Positions 41,245 through 52,399 of a DNA stretch of 64,000 bases are shown one piece after another (position 1 is the first letter of the stretch; every line of letters starts with the position of its first letter). The notes below the pieces were generated by a model. The model had not been told where the DNA came from, did not search any database, and worked only from the letters and a program-made list of their open reading frames with translations. A program made the position numbers and the translations under genes. This DNA comes from Octopus vulgaris (taxonomy: Eukaryota), in the NCBI GenBank assembly GCA_951406725.2, contig OX597815.1:181598001-181662000 (forward strand), in the 5' to 3' direction.

Positions 41245-41962
41245 TCACTGCCTGGAATCGAACTAGGAATCTTGGAGTTAATAGCCAGCTCTCTTAACCA
41301 ATACACCATATGCCCATGTTTGTTTCTTCCTTTCCTTTCTTCTTTCTTTTTCTTTTTTCCTCTCTTATTGATACTTGTCCATGCATTAGATCTTTTTAGT
41401 TTGACAGACTTATCTCAGTTTTATCCACATAGATATAGTTTTTCATGTCCATTGCAAAAACACAAGCATTTTTTGACAAAATTAATAAAGAAAACATTAT
41501 GAAACTTCAAATTTTACCATCATTTGTAATTTTAGCCACACGGGTCAACTTATTCTCAACATCCCATCCAGCAGATGATGTTATCTGTACATGTTCCCAA
41601 ACAGATGAAACCATCCTGGATCTGGCTTAGAGGTTACAAGTTATAGCTAGTGCTTGGGGCTGTGTTTAGAATTTAATTTAATTAGTTTAGTATCAGAGTT
41701 CAGGGTTTTCCCATGATATTGCCATGTCGTGTACAGAATGGATAGATCTGACTGGCTAAAACTACCAACATTTTCAATCTTTGAATATATAATATTTGAT
41801 TAATAGCAACAGAAGTGGTATTAATTCCAAAGACAATCTTTATCTTCAGCTTAATGTGGATAATCCCACTGGCCATTTGTGATGTCAGTATCTAAATGGA
41901 CAATGAAATTCTGTATATCGTTGATAGAAGAATTCAGCTGCTATGTTGCTACTAAATATCTG

Positions 41963-42002
41963 CCACTGAAGAGCCCAAGCAGGGTGAAATTATGTGATCT
42001 GG
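41963..42002 (+). ncRNA. type I hammerhead motif, separate family
   Basis: CCA-CTGAAGA-GCCC(aagca)GGGT-GAAA-TT(atgt)GATC-TGG; AUC triplet; short helix I. Confidence 0.6.
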
Positions 42003-42311
42003 AAGCTCTGGTGACTGTAGCAGATGATATTTGTCTGTAAAAACTCATGCTATCTGTCACACATATCATCCTTCATTAGTCAAAGAGAGAATGTGTAATG
42101 GTTAAGGACATTCTTTTCCTTGGAGTAAATGGTTAAAATTAAATGTCATGTTAAATGATGCTCATTCTTTTCTTCCCCAACTGCATCTCACGAATTTAAA
42201 CCTGTGTTGTTTGATGGTTTCTCTTAATAATAGTATAATATCTATCAAAATAAACTGTTTGGTAATAAACTGTTCGGTAAAAAATAAAAGTTGCTTGCAA
42301 GAAATAGTGTA

Positions 42312-42545
42312 AGGCGGCAAGCTGGCAGAAACGTTAGCATGCCGGGTGAAATGCTTACCAGTATTTTGTCTGCCTTTACGTTCTGAGTTCAAATTTCACC
42401 AAGGTCGACTTTGCCTTTCATCCTTTCGGGGTCGATAAATTAAGTACCGGTTATGCACTGGGGGGTCAATGTAATCAACTTGATCCATTTGTCTGTCCTT
42501 GTTTGTCCCCTCTGTGTGTAGCCCCTTGCGGGCAGTAAAGAAATA
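42312..42545 (+). mobile_element. SINE family A with 10-bp TSD
   Basis: gaaatagtgt at 42301-42310 and 42548-42557. Confidence 0.9.
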
Positions 42546-42574
42546 TGAAATAGTGTTCACCTCCTTAACATCAA

Positions 42575-43365
42575 GGTATGTATTCCATATAGCTTTCCGT
42601 TAGTTTCACAAGTGATCAGATGCAAAAGATACAAAAGATGTCCGTGTGACATCAGGCCAGTATTCAGAAGAAATACAACACTTTGCAAATATCTCCTCTG
42701 AGTAAAACCACCAACAGAAGAGAATATGACCAAAGACTGCGTGTACTCCATCCCATGCAGTTGTGGTAGATTATACAAAGGCAAAACATGCCACCCCTTT
42801 AAAATAAGAGTAGAGGAACATCATAAAGCTGTTACAAGAGGGGATATTGAAAAATTGGGTATAGCTGATTATGTATGGAAAAACAGAGACCACCTCCCGC
42901 TGTGGGATGAAGTTAAAATAATAGACAGAGAACACCACTGGAAAATACGAAAACTAAAAGAAGCAGCACATATGTTAGGACACAACAACCTCCTAAGCAG
43001 ATATGAGTAGAATATGGGAACTAGTATTGAGTAAAGATAAACTATTATGTTTTTTAGGCCCTAAAATTCACTCTATAATTGCCTACTAGCATATAGCACA
43101 ATAGATAAGAGTGTGGGCTACTAACCCTCGGATTCTGAGTTCAATTCCAGGCAGGGACTTGGGAAATAATCTCAATAGAAAAAATAACATCAGCAAAAAG
43201 AATACCTTAGGAATGAGAACAGAGGACCCTATTAGTCAAATAAAGGGTTGGGTTCAAAATTTCACCAGAACACCTGGTGAAGGCTGGAGAGTAAATCAGC
43301 TGAAACATTGTGGTAACAACAAACAAGGTGAGAACAAATATCCATCAATTGTAAAGAGTGTATAA
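42575..43365 (+). mobile_element. Penelope-like element 3' fragment: GIY-YIG endonuclease relic (42726-43010) followed by tRNA-like head and decayed HHR
   Basis: DCVYSIPCSCGRLYKGKT...IRVEEHHKA...WDEVKIIDRE...RKLKEA is the PLE GIY-YIG signature; head at ~43088-43162; cacctggtgaaggctg...cagctgaaacattgtg at 43269-43314. Confidence 0.88.
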
Positions 43366-43440
43366 TAAATCAATCAGATACATATAGCAACATGCTTCCA
43401 ACAGCAACTATACAATATGTTTTGATGTTAGATACATTTT

Positions 43441-43623
43441 ACAGTTTTATATTTAAGAGATGAGGAATTATGTACATTATTTACATTTGATGGATATTTG
43501 TCCTCATCTAAACGATGATGATGATGATGATGACGTTTCAGCTGATATACCCTCCAGCCTTCATCAGGTGTCTTGAAACCTGGGTTCTCATTCCTAAGGT
43601 ATTTTTCAATGTTATTATTATTA

Positions 43624-43688
<65 letters not shown>

Positions 43689-43762
43689 TCACTGCCTGGA
43701 ATCGAACTTGGAATCTTGGGGCTAGTAGCCTGCGCTCTTAACCACTATGCCATATGCCTGTG
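43441..43762 (-). mobile_element. tRNA-(AAT)n-hammerhead element, nearly complete
   Basis: minus: ggcatatggcatagtggttaagagcgcaggctactagccccaagattccaagttcgattccaggcagtgacctg(AAT)n...HHR core 43532-43572...tail cataattcctcatctcttaaatataaaactgt. Confidence 0.9.
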
Positions 43763-44804
43763 TTTTGCATATTGTGGACATCATGTTCATTGCTGACCAT
43801 ATCAATTCTATCCAATCAAGTTAAATAAAGATGAGAGCTCCCATGGTGGCATACATACATTGCTTAGTACACAGCGAAGGATGTATTTTAAAGTTTGGAG
43901 TTCATTGGATGTGAGGAAATATTTCACTTCTGAGCAAACACCTCCCATGCACAATAAAATATTGCTCAGATATGGAAACTGTTTCCATTATTGCACACAT
44001 TTAATCCGACCTAAACGAAACTCATTTGCCAGATCAATAGATCTTCACCATGTTGCCGTGGAGTGTTGTAATTGTCTTTGTAACAATGGACCTTCTTGTA
44101 TACCATTTCTTTTCCCTTCGTCCATCTTCCACTACTCTCAGCCACGAGAACTTTTCCATTTAGAACTTCTAATATCTTGGAAACTCTTCATGGAGTCATA
44201 AATATTTCTTTCCTTTATCAAAAGATCAACATTTGTCATATTAATCTCATTTAAAAATCCTTTCTAGACAAAGAAGACATAGAAAGTCCATGGACACTTT
44301 CCTTCCTCTCATACATAAGCTACAAAAGAAATCCATTATATTTCATATTCTAAAAATTGTAGGATTTTTCTTTTAAAGTTCAAACAGTAGATTTAATCGA
44401 AAAATGTTATCAACTATGAACAGAAGAGAAGTATAATTTTATACTTATAGAAAAATAAATAGTGTATAGTACTGTTTATTCTTTCACAAGCATCATTTGA
44501 AATGTAAGTGAATCCTTTTAACTGCAAATCTAAAGCACATCGTGGATTCAGTAGATTATGAATTGACCATTGTGATGTCAGCTACCATGATGCCTGTCAC
44601 CAGTAAAAGAAGACAATGTAAACAGAATATTAACATCAGCAAAGCTGTATACTGAATCAATATTTCCTGATAGGAATCCCCTAAACTACACTTGATTACA
44701 TTATAGAGTTGTATAATTTCAAAACAGGCTCCTTTCTGTCTGTTCACTGAATTTATAATTCATCAAATTATTGCAGTGTTTCATATTTATGATATATATA
44801 TTTA

Positions 44805-44844
<40 letters not shown>

Positions 44845-45265
44845 GGAATGCTCTTTGTTTTTCTATAATGTGGTCCTGATGCAGTGATACAGTCCAACTA
44901 TCTATCATTAGAATATTATCTTGTTGTAAAGATTTATCTTTATAACAAGACAAAAGAAAATGAAGAAAAATTGTCAGACTTTTGTACTGGATAATTCTTT
45001 TACTTATTTTTGTTACTTTTACGTTTCTTCACCCAGTAAGCTGTGGCCATGCTGGGTCACTGCCATCATATGAAAATAATTCTTTTTAGAAAGTGGACTT
45101 GATAATTCTTTTGTTTATAAAAGATCTTCATACTGATTTCCATTGAACAAATCTAAACCTACTTCAGTGGAGAAAAAATATAATGAATAAACGAATCCTA
45201 TTGTAATGCAGGTATTTAATTTATTGATCGACGAAGGATAAAAGATAAAAATGAACTTATTTTAA

Positions 45266-45486
45266 CCCTTTCGTTACCGTATTTATTTTGAGATGCTTTG
45301 TGTTTCTTTCAATTATTTCAAATATAACAAAGAATTTAGTAAAATAACTTAGTTATCATTAAGCTAGTGTTAGGAATATAAATTGTGACTAAGGTTTGGT
45401 GGAAGATTTGAATTCAAAACTTATGAAAACAAGACATTTATACTAAAGAGCCAGAGCCAGTTTCAGCTGGGATGGTCACGAAAGGG
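45266..45486. mobile_element. piggyBac-type MITE
   Basis: TTAA on both sides (45262-45265, 45487-45490); TIRs ccctttcgttacc / ggtcacgaaaggg. Confidence 0.88.
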
Positions 45487-45824
45487 TTAATCCTGAAATC
45501 CAAAAATATGGCTGGGAAAAGCAAACGGCTGAAATGCATTCCACTATTTCTAACTTACCTCTCTAAGCTCAAGGAGTCCTTTAAAGTGTAGCATGATCTG
45601 ATAGAAATAGTAGACAAATTTCCCTCAAATCATACCTTACTGTCGCAAAAGAACAAAAGTAAACATTACACAATGTATTTTTGGCATATACTGTTTGAGA
45701 CAAAATCTGGGACAGCCACCACTCAAACAACTTTAATCATAAGTGTGTTCATTCAAGATTGACCTGAGTGAGGACATCTCACAATTCACTGCTCAAATCT
45801 TTCTTAATATGTCTCCTTATTAAG

Positions 45825-46490
45825 GGGGCAGAATGTTAGCATACTTAGCGAAATGCTTAGTAGTATTTTGTCTGTCTTTAAATTCTGAGTTCAAATTCCG
45901 CCTAAGTCATCTTTGCTTTTCATCCTTTTGGAGTCAATAAATTAAGTACCAGTTGCATACTGGGGTCGATCTAATCAAATGGTCCCCTCTTCAAAATTTT
46001 TGGGCCTTGTGCCTAGAGTAGAAGAGAAACGTAAGCTTGCTAGGTGAAATGTTTAGCGGTATTTCATTTGTCTTTACGTTCTGAGTACAAATTCTGCAGA
46101 GGTTGACTTAGCCTTTCATCCTTTCGAGGTCAATAAATTAAGTACCAGTTGTATCCTGGGGTCGATCTAATTGATAGGCTCCTTCACCAAAATTTTCAGG
46201 CCTCATGCCTAGAGAAGAAAAGAAACTTTAGCACACTGGGTGAAATGCTTAGCAGTATTTTGTCTGTCTTTACATTCTGAGTTCAAATTCTGCTGAGGTC
46301 GACTTTGCCTTTTATCCTTTCAGGGTCATTATATTAAGTACCAGTTGCGTACTGGGGTCAATGAGGTCAGCTTAGCCTTTCATCCTTTCGAGGTCAATAA
46401 ATTAAGTACTAGATGTGTACTGGGGCTGATCTAATCGACTGGTCCCTTCCCCCAAAATTTTGGGCCTTGTGCCTAAAGTAGAGAAAAATA
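45825..46490 (+). mobile_element. SINE family A tandem multimer (alternative tail ...gggccttgtgcctagagtagaa)
   Basis: three to four consecutive bodies. Confidence 0.87.
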
Positions 46491-46649
46491 TGATTCCTCA
46501 TCACTAGACAAAAGTGATTCAGATTTACAGGTGAATAAGTTATGTGTAGTAACATTCAAGCCTCTCCCATGTATGTGATCATCAGAAATGAAACAAAGTA
46601 ACCTCTAATGGTATTCGAAACTGTGATTCATAAACATCAGCTTATAACT

Positions 46650-46840
46650 TGGTTTCAAATTCTGACACAAGACCAGCAATTTGGTGCGTGGGGAAGTAAG
46701 TTAATTACATTGACTCAGTGTTAAACTGGTACTTATTTAATCGACCCTAAAAGGACAGAAAATAAAGTCGACCTTGGTGGAATTTGAACTCAGAATATAA
46801 AGGCAGAAAGAACACGACTAAGCATTTTGCCAGCTTTCTG
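46650..46840 (-). mobile_element. SINE family A, diverged
   Basis: ctggtacttatttaatcgacc...aagtcgaccttggtggaatttgaactcagaa. Confidence 0.78.
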
Positions 46841-47337
46841 ACTTATATCAGCTTATAATTTACAATTTAATCTTCCTCAGAATAAATATTTATACTAATT
46901 TCTTGAATTATGAAAAAAAAAAAGAAAAGAACCCTGAAAAGCGATGAAATTAATGAATTATTTAATTGGTTTTATTTTTATCTGAAAACTCTAATTTCCT
47001 TCAACATCAAAAATAACTTGGTACAACTTTCTTAGTTCAATATGTTCATAGTTTTGAAACAAGGTGAAAACACTAATTGGAGAATAATCTTATTTATTAG
47101 CAATAGACATCAATTATCTTAATGATATTCCAACTAAAGAATTTGCAGAGAGTCTTAGAGGTTAATGTGTTTGTCATATTGCTTATGTCTTTTATCAGAG
47201 TTAATACTGATAAAAGGAGAAAACTAATAAATGGTAACAAGTCCTTCTCACTTATGATATATTAGAATTTAAATCTTAAGGCATGGTTTCTTCATAGCAA
47301 TATACTAAATATTCCTTTAAAACTAATTTTAGTTTAT

Positions 47338-47890
47338 ACAGTTCTATATTTGAGAGATGAGGATTTATGTACATTATTTACATTTGACGGATATTTGTTC
47401 TCAACTAGTTTGTTGTTAATGGGGTCTGGGAAGCCAGGAGGCTGCACCGGCCCCAGTCTGAATCTGGCAGTGATTCATGCACTGATATCTATATCTTAAA
47501 ATCAAGTTATTATTTTTACATACTAAAGTCTCTCTCTGGTCAAAAGGGTCAGAATAAGGAATGGTGAGCATTCAGGGTTTTGGTAGGAAATGTTTTTCTG
47601 GTGTATTAGTAATTGAATGGTGTGAATGATGTTGGATTGATTTTCGTTCAATAAAGGTATTTTAATGCTGCTAGCATTCTATTGCTGCATTGCAGAATTT
47701 TTTTGATTCTTGCGACCCTTTTACAAAGTCAATTTTGCCCTTCGGGTACTACATGGTGTAGTGGTTAAGGGCACGGGCTACTAACCCCAAGATTCTGAGT
47801 TCAATTCCGGGCAGTGACCTGAATAATAATAATAACATTGAAAAATACCTTAGGAATGAGAACCCAGGTTCAAAATTTCCCCAAGACACC
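47338..47890. mobile_element. split HHR element (tail on minus 47338-47419, head on plus 47751-47890) enclosing a 331-bp inverted copy of 51114-51444
   Basis: 47420-47750 is the reverse complement of 51114-51444 (about 12 differences by eye). Confidence 0.9.
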
Positions 47891-48212
47891 ATACAGTTTT
47901 GTTGGTTTAAGTGTATTTTACACTATTTTTCCATTATCCAACACATCCTCAAGTATATTTGGTTCACCATTATTTTTAATGAAGTGTTTCATCTAAGCTT
48001 CTCATTACGACTGAGCATTTTCAACTGATATTATCTCAGTTAAAGGGAAATGTTTACTTCAAGATTTGTGCGTTTGACTCCCACTGGTGGCTTTCAACTC
48101 TTTCTAACCAAAAAGGCTTTCTCAACCTGACATTTCCATGCTGTTCTTTATAACTTTATTTGTGCTTTGAGATCCATTTCCAAAAAAGAATATTTGTATC
48201 TTTTTTCCAAAC

Positions 48213-48460
48213 ATATACACACATATGTGCACATGCACATGCATGCACACACATACACTCAAATACATACACGCATACACGTTAACACATATGCACACAC
48301 ACATATGTACACACATACAAATACATATGACACACATATGTGCATGCACACATACATATATGTACACGTACCCACACATACACACACACGTGTATACACA
48401 AATACACACACAAACATACTCACAGATACACACACATACATATATGTACACACACACACT
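48213..48460. repeat. degenerate (CA)n tract
   Basis: direct reading. Confidence 0.88.
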
Positions 48461-48877
48461 AGGTTAGTACATATCAAATTGAGAGGATTCATTTCTGTCT
48501 CAACTTCCTGCTTAAAACCTTGCTCCATTTTTCTTATGTGTTTCATTTTGTATTCTTTCAGTTATTTCTTTTGATAGTCTTTTACCTTCATCCTTGCTTT
48601 AAGCATTTCTTTGTATGTTATTTGAAATTTTGCAGTACTTCTGTTCAATTTGCATTGAGCAATGATTTCTTCTTGTAATGATCTTCATCTTCTGTTTGCA
48701 ATTTGAAGTTGAGCTGTTTCTGCCTAACAAGATTTTTCTATATTGTGCATTTGACAAGTCACCTTTTTGTTTCATTCTTCAAACAGTCACTGCTTAACTC
48801 TTTTTATTGTTATCGAATGGACATTCACAAAATTCATTCTTCTCTGAATGTTATCATTGTTATCATCATCATTATCC

Positions 48878-49100
48878 ATTTCTTTATTACCCACAAGGGG
48901 CTAAACACAGAGGGGACAAACAAGGACAGACATAGGTATTAAGTCGATTACATCGACCCCAGTGCGTAACTGGTACTTTATTTATCGACTCCGAAAGTAT
49001 GAAAGGCAAAGTCGACCTCGGCGGAATTTGAACTCACAACGTAACAGCAGACGAAATACCGCTAAGAATTTCGCCCGGCGTGCTAAGGTTTCTGCCAGCT
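48878..49100 (-). mobile_element. SINE family A in an (ATC)n context
   Basis: reverse complement of the family A sequence. Confidence 0.9.
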
Positions 49101-49584
49101 CATCATCATAGTCGTCTTGGAGTCAGTTTCCTGTGTTTTATGAACCTTTCTGAAACCGATTTCTCTATGGCCGGATGGGTGCATTCTTTTCCTGTCCCTA
49201 ATCTCCCTTCATTTTCAAGTAAGTTACTTTCATTCTCCTGATTCTTTTAAATACTGAAACTAGTGTACAGGAGAAAGCGAACTTCATCACCGACTTTTGT
49301 TTTGGCTCAGATGAAAATGAATCCAGATTCACACACACACATACCTACACACACACACACAAGTACACACATATATGTACATTCATATGTGCTCACATAC
49401 ACATACAATGGGCTTTGGTACAGTTTCCATTTACCAATTCCACTCATGTAACACTGGAACTGAACCCGAAATTCACATGGTTTTAAAATGAACTTGTAAC
49501 CACGCATTCATGCTTCTGCGTATTACCTGTGTGTGTGTGGATGTGTGTGCATGTGTGTATGTATGATTGCAAGTTGTGGCACTA

Positions 49585-49956
49585 CATTGCTTATGACGAC
49601 GAGGGTTCCAGTTGATCCGATCAACGGAACAGACTGCTCGTGAAATTAACATGCAAGTGGCTGAGCACTCCACAGACATGTGTACCCTTAATATAGTTCT
49701 CGGGGAGATTCAGCATGACACAGAGTGTGAGAAGGCTGAGTCTTTGAAATACAGGTACAACAGAAAAAGGAAGAAAGAGTGAGAGAAAGCTGTGGTGAAC
49801 GAGTACAGCAGCGTTCACCACCATCCCCTGCTGAAGTTTCGTGGAGCTTTAAGTGTTTTCTCTCAATAAACACTCACAACACCCAGTCTGGGAATCGAAA
49901 CCACGATCCTACAACCGTGAGTCTACTGCCCTAACCACTGGGCCATTGCGCCTCCA
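49585..49956 (-). mobile_element. SINE, head C + tail Y
   Basis: minus starts ggaggcgcaatggcccagtggttagggc; tail gtctgttccgttgatcggatcaactggaaccctcgtcgtc. Confidence 0.87.
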
Positions 49957-51518
49957 CTGAGTGCAAGTAAGTATATTCTGTCAATCAAAAATTGCTTCCA
50001 CTTCTTTTCCTTTGCCAATGTCTTCCTTGCACAGAAATACTTTGATATCATTCACATTTCTTTCTCTCTTCCATTCTCTTCTGTCGTTTCCATTTTCTGC
50101 CAATCTCTATATTTATCTAATCCATCTCTATTGTCTTTTTGTTTTCTCTTCCATCTCTTTCAGCACAACCTTTTCCTTCTTTCTCTTCAAACATCTCCAT
50201 AACTTGACAGAACGTTTACATTGTTTCGGAGATACTCAATTAAGAGGGATTTTTTATGGCTATGTATACTGATGCGTTTTTCCAGTTAATGTATTACAGT
50301 ACATTTTGCTATTATTCAGCTTTGTGATCTCAGTTCATTTATAGTGTTCTGCTAGTTGGGGAATAGTGTGCTCATTGTTTGAGAAGAACAGGAGAAAACA
50401 TTGCCAACACAATGTACAAGACTGCAATGATATTTATTTGGCTGAAGTTATATAATGTTATTTGCAGTTTTTCCATTTCCCTATCAGTCGGGTGATAAAT
50501 ATTGATCTATGAGGAAAGAAGCATTCTCAAAATTCAAGATGGCGCTGAACCCACAATGGCTCATTGGCAAATCCAGGTGATGTATGTTATCTGTAGAGGG
50601 CTGTAATTTACAACTGAAAAATGTTCTCGGAAAAATAGCTGAACATATTCCCCTCGAAGGAAAACAACTTTATTTCATTTAAGGTTCAACCAGTTTATAG
50701 TTTTAAAAAAACTCGCTATGGCTATAGGATTTAAATCTTGGTGTTTGCATTTATTGGTAAACTGACAAGTATATTGAGGATATTCCCCGATGGGGCAAGA
50801 TTTCAAACTTTCCTATTGAATATTACATGAGAATAGTTACAGAGTTCGTTGCATGGGTTTTACTTTTAAAGCAATACTCTATATTACTGCATAATTGCTT
50901 TCACATTTGTCTTTCAAAAATAATTTTTTTTTGGAAAATAGTGAAACATTGCTCTTCCTCCTAGATATGAACAAATGGATGCTTTCAAAAAAGTTTCCAA
51001 AGTGCTTTTAGTTTAACCGATATATATCTTACCCAGTAACAACAATAGAAAAAGGAAGTACCTTTATCTTCCTTCCTAGAGCCATACATGCATACAGTAT
51101 TCATTTAAAATTAAGTACCCGAAGGGTAAAACTGACTTTGTAAAAGAGTCGCAAGAATCAAAAAAATTCTGCAATGCAGCAATAGAACGCTAGCAGCATT
51201 AAAATACCTTTATTGAATGAAAATCAATCCAACATCATTCACTCCATTCAATTACTAATATACCAGAAAAACATTTCCTACCAAAACCCTGAATGCTCAC
51301 CATTCCTTATTCTGACCCTTTTGACCAGAGAGAGACTTTTGTATGTAAAAATAATAACTTGATTTTAAGATATAGATATCAGCGCATGAATCACTGTCAG
51401 ATTCAGATTGGGGCTGGTGCAGCCTCCTGGCTTCCCAGACCCCAGTCAAACCATCCAACCCATGCCAGCATGGAAAACAGACGTTAAAGGATGATGATGA
51501 TGATGATGATATTGTTTA

Positions 51519-51741
51519 AGACGGCGAGCTGGCAGAATCGTTAGCACACTGGGCGAAATGCTTTGCAGTATTTCGTCTGCCGTTACGTTCTGAGTTCATA
51601 TTCCGCCGAGGTCGTCTTTGTCTTTCATCCTTTCAGGGTCGATTAAATAAGTACCAGTTACGCTCTGGGGTCGATGTAATCGACTTAATCCATTTATTTG
51701 TCCCCTCTATGTTTAACCCCTTGTGGGTAGTAAAGAAATAG
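51519..51741 (+). mobile_element. SINE family A inserted at the end of a family E (GAT)n tail, with TSD
   Basis: gatgatgatattgtt repeated at ~51502-51516 and 51742-51756. Confidence 0.88.
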
Positions 51742-51974
51742 GATGATGATATTGTTAATTACTTCTACATGCAGCCTTAGAAAGACATTTTCATTTTCAT
51801 TCAGCTACCAGGAATAACCTATCCCACAATACTAGCAACAACTGTCTTAGTTACTCAAACACTTGCAAACACCGCAATGTCAGTCAGAATTAATAATTTT
51901 TAGGTTAAAACTTTAATTGTTAGTGGAAGCACTCAAAACTTCATTCATGTTAATGGAATTTATAAATATTCACT

Positions 51975-52343
51975 GATGGAAATCGAAATCGAATTGAACC
52001 AGCCAGGATCCCTGGTCTGGTGGTACATAAAAAGCATTATCTGACTCGTGGCCGATGCCAGCGCCACCTCGACTGGCCTCCGTGCCGGTGGCATGTAAAA
52101 TACACCAATCCGACCATGGCCGTTGCCAGCCTCGCCTGGCACCTGTGCAGGTGGCACGTAAAAAGCACCCACTACACTCACGGAGTGGTTGGCGTTAGGA
52201 AGGGCATCCAGCTGCAGAAACATTGCCAGATAAGACTGGAGCCTGATGCAGCCTTCTGGCTTCCCAGATCTCCGGTCGAACCGTCCAACCCATGCTAGCA
52301 TGGAGAACGGACGTTAAACGATGATGATGATGATGATGATGAT
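51975..52343 (+). mobile_element. family E element
   Basis: tandem ggtggcacgtaaaaagcacc units, body and (GAT)n tail. Confidence 0.87.
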
Positions 52344-52399
52344 GGAACATCCAACTAACACTATAGCAATGCTTTATATCTTCACTAACCACAAAGCTG

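Larger units (their letters stand above)
40846..41318. mobile_element. rearranged tandem tRNA-(AAT)n-hammerhead elements with an internal inversion
   Basis: (-) tail+HHR 40846-41020, (-) tail 41022-41061, (+) HHR segment 41062-41161, (-) (AAT)n+head 41162-41318. Confidence 0.87.

Noticed and set aside
43686-43758. Heads of the elements as functional tRNA genes
   Set aside because: They have A/B boxes but no intact acceptor stem, and they run into element bodies; they are SINE-type heads.
44556-44747. Possible exon on the minus strand
   Set aside because: Weak splice context and no recognisable domain.
47420-47750. ADAR hyper-editing signature between the inverted copies
   Set aside because: Differences are mixed transitions in both directions plus transversions, not a one-way A-to-G cluster.
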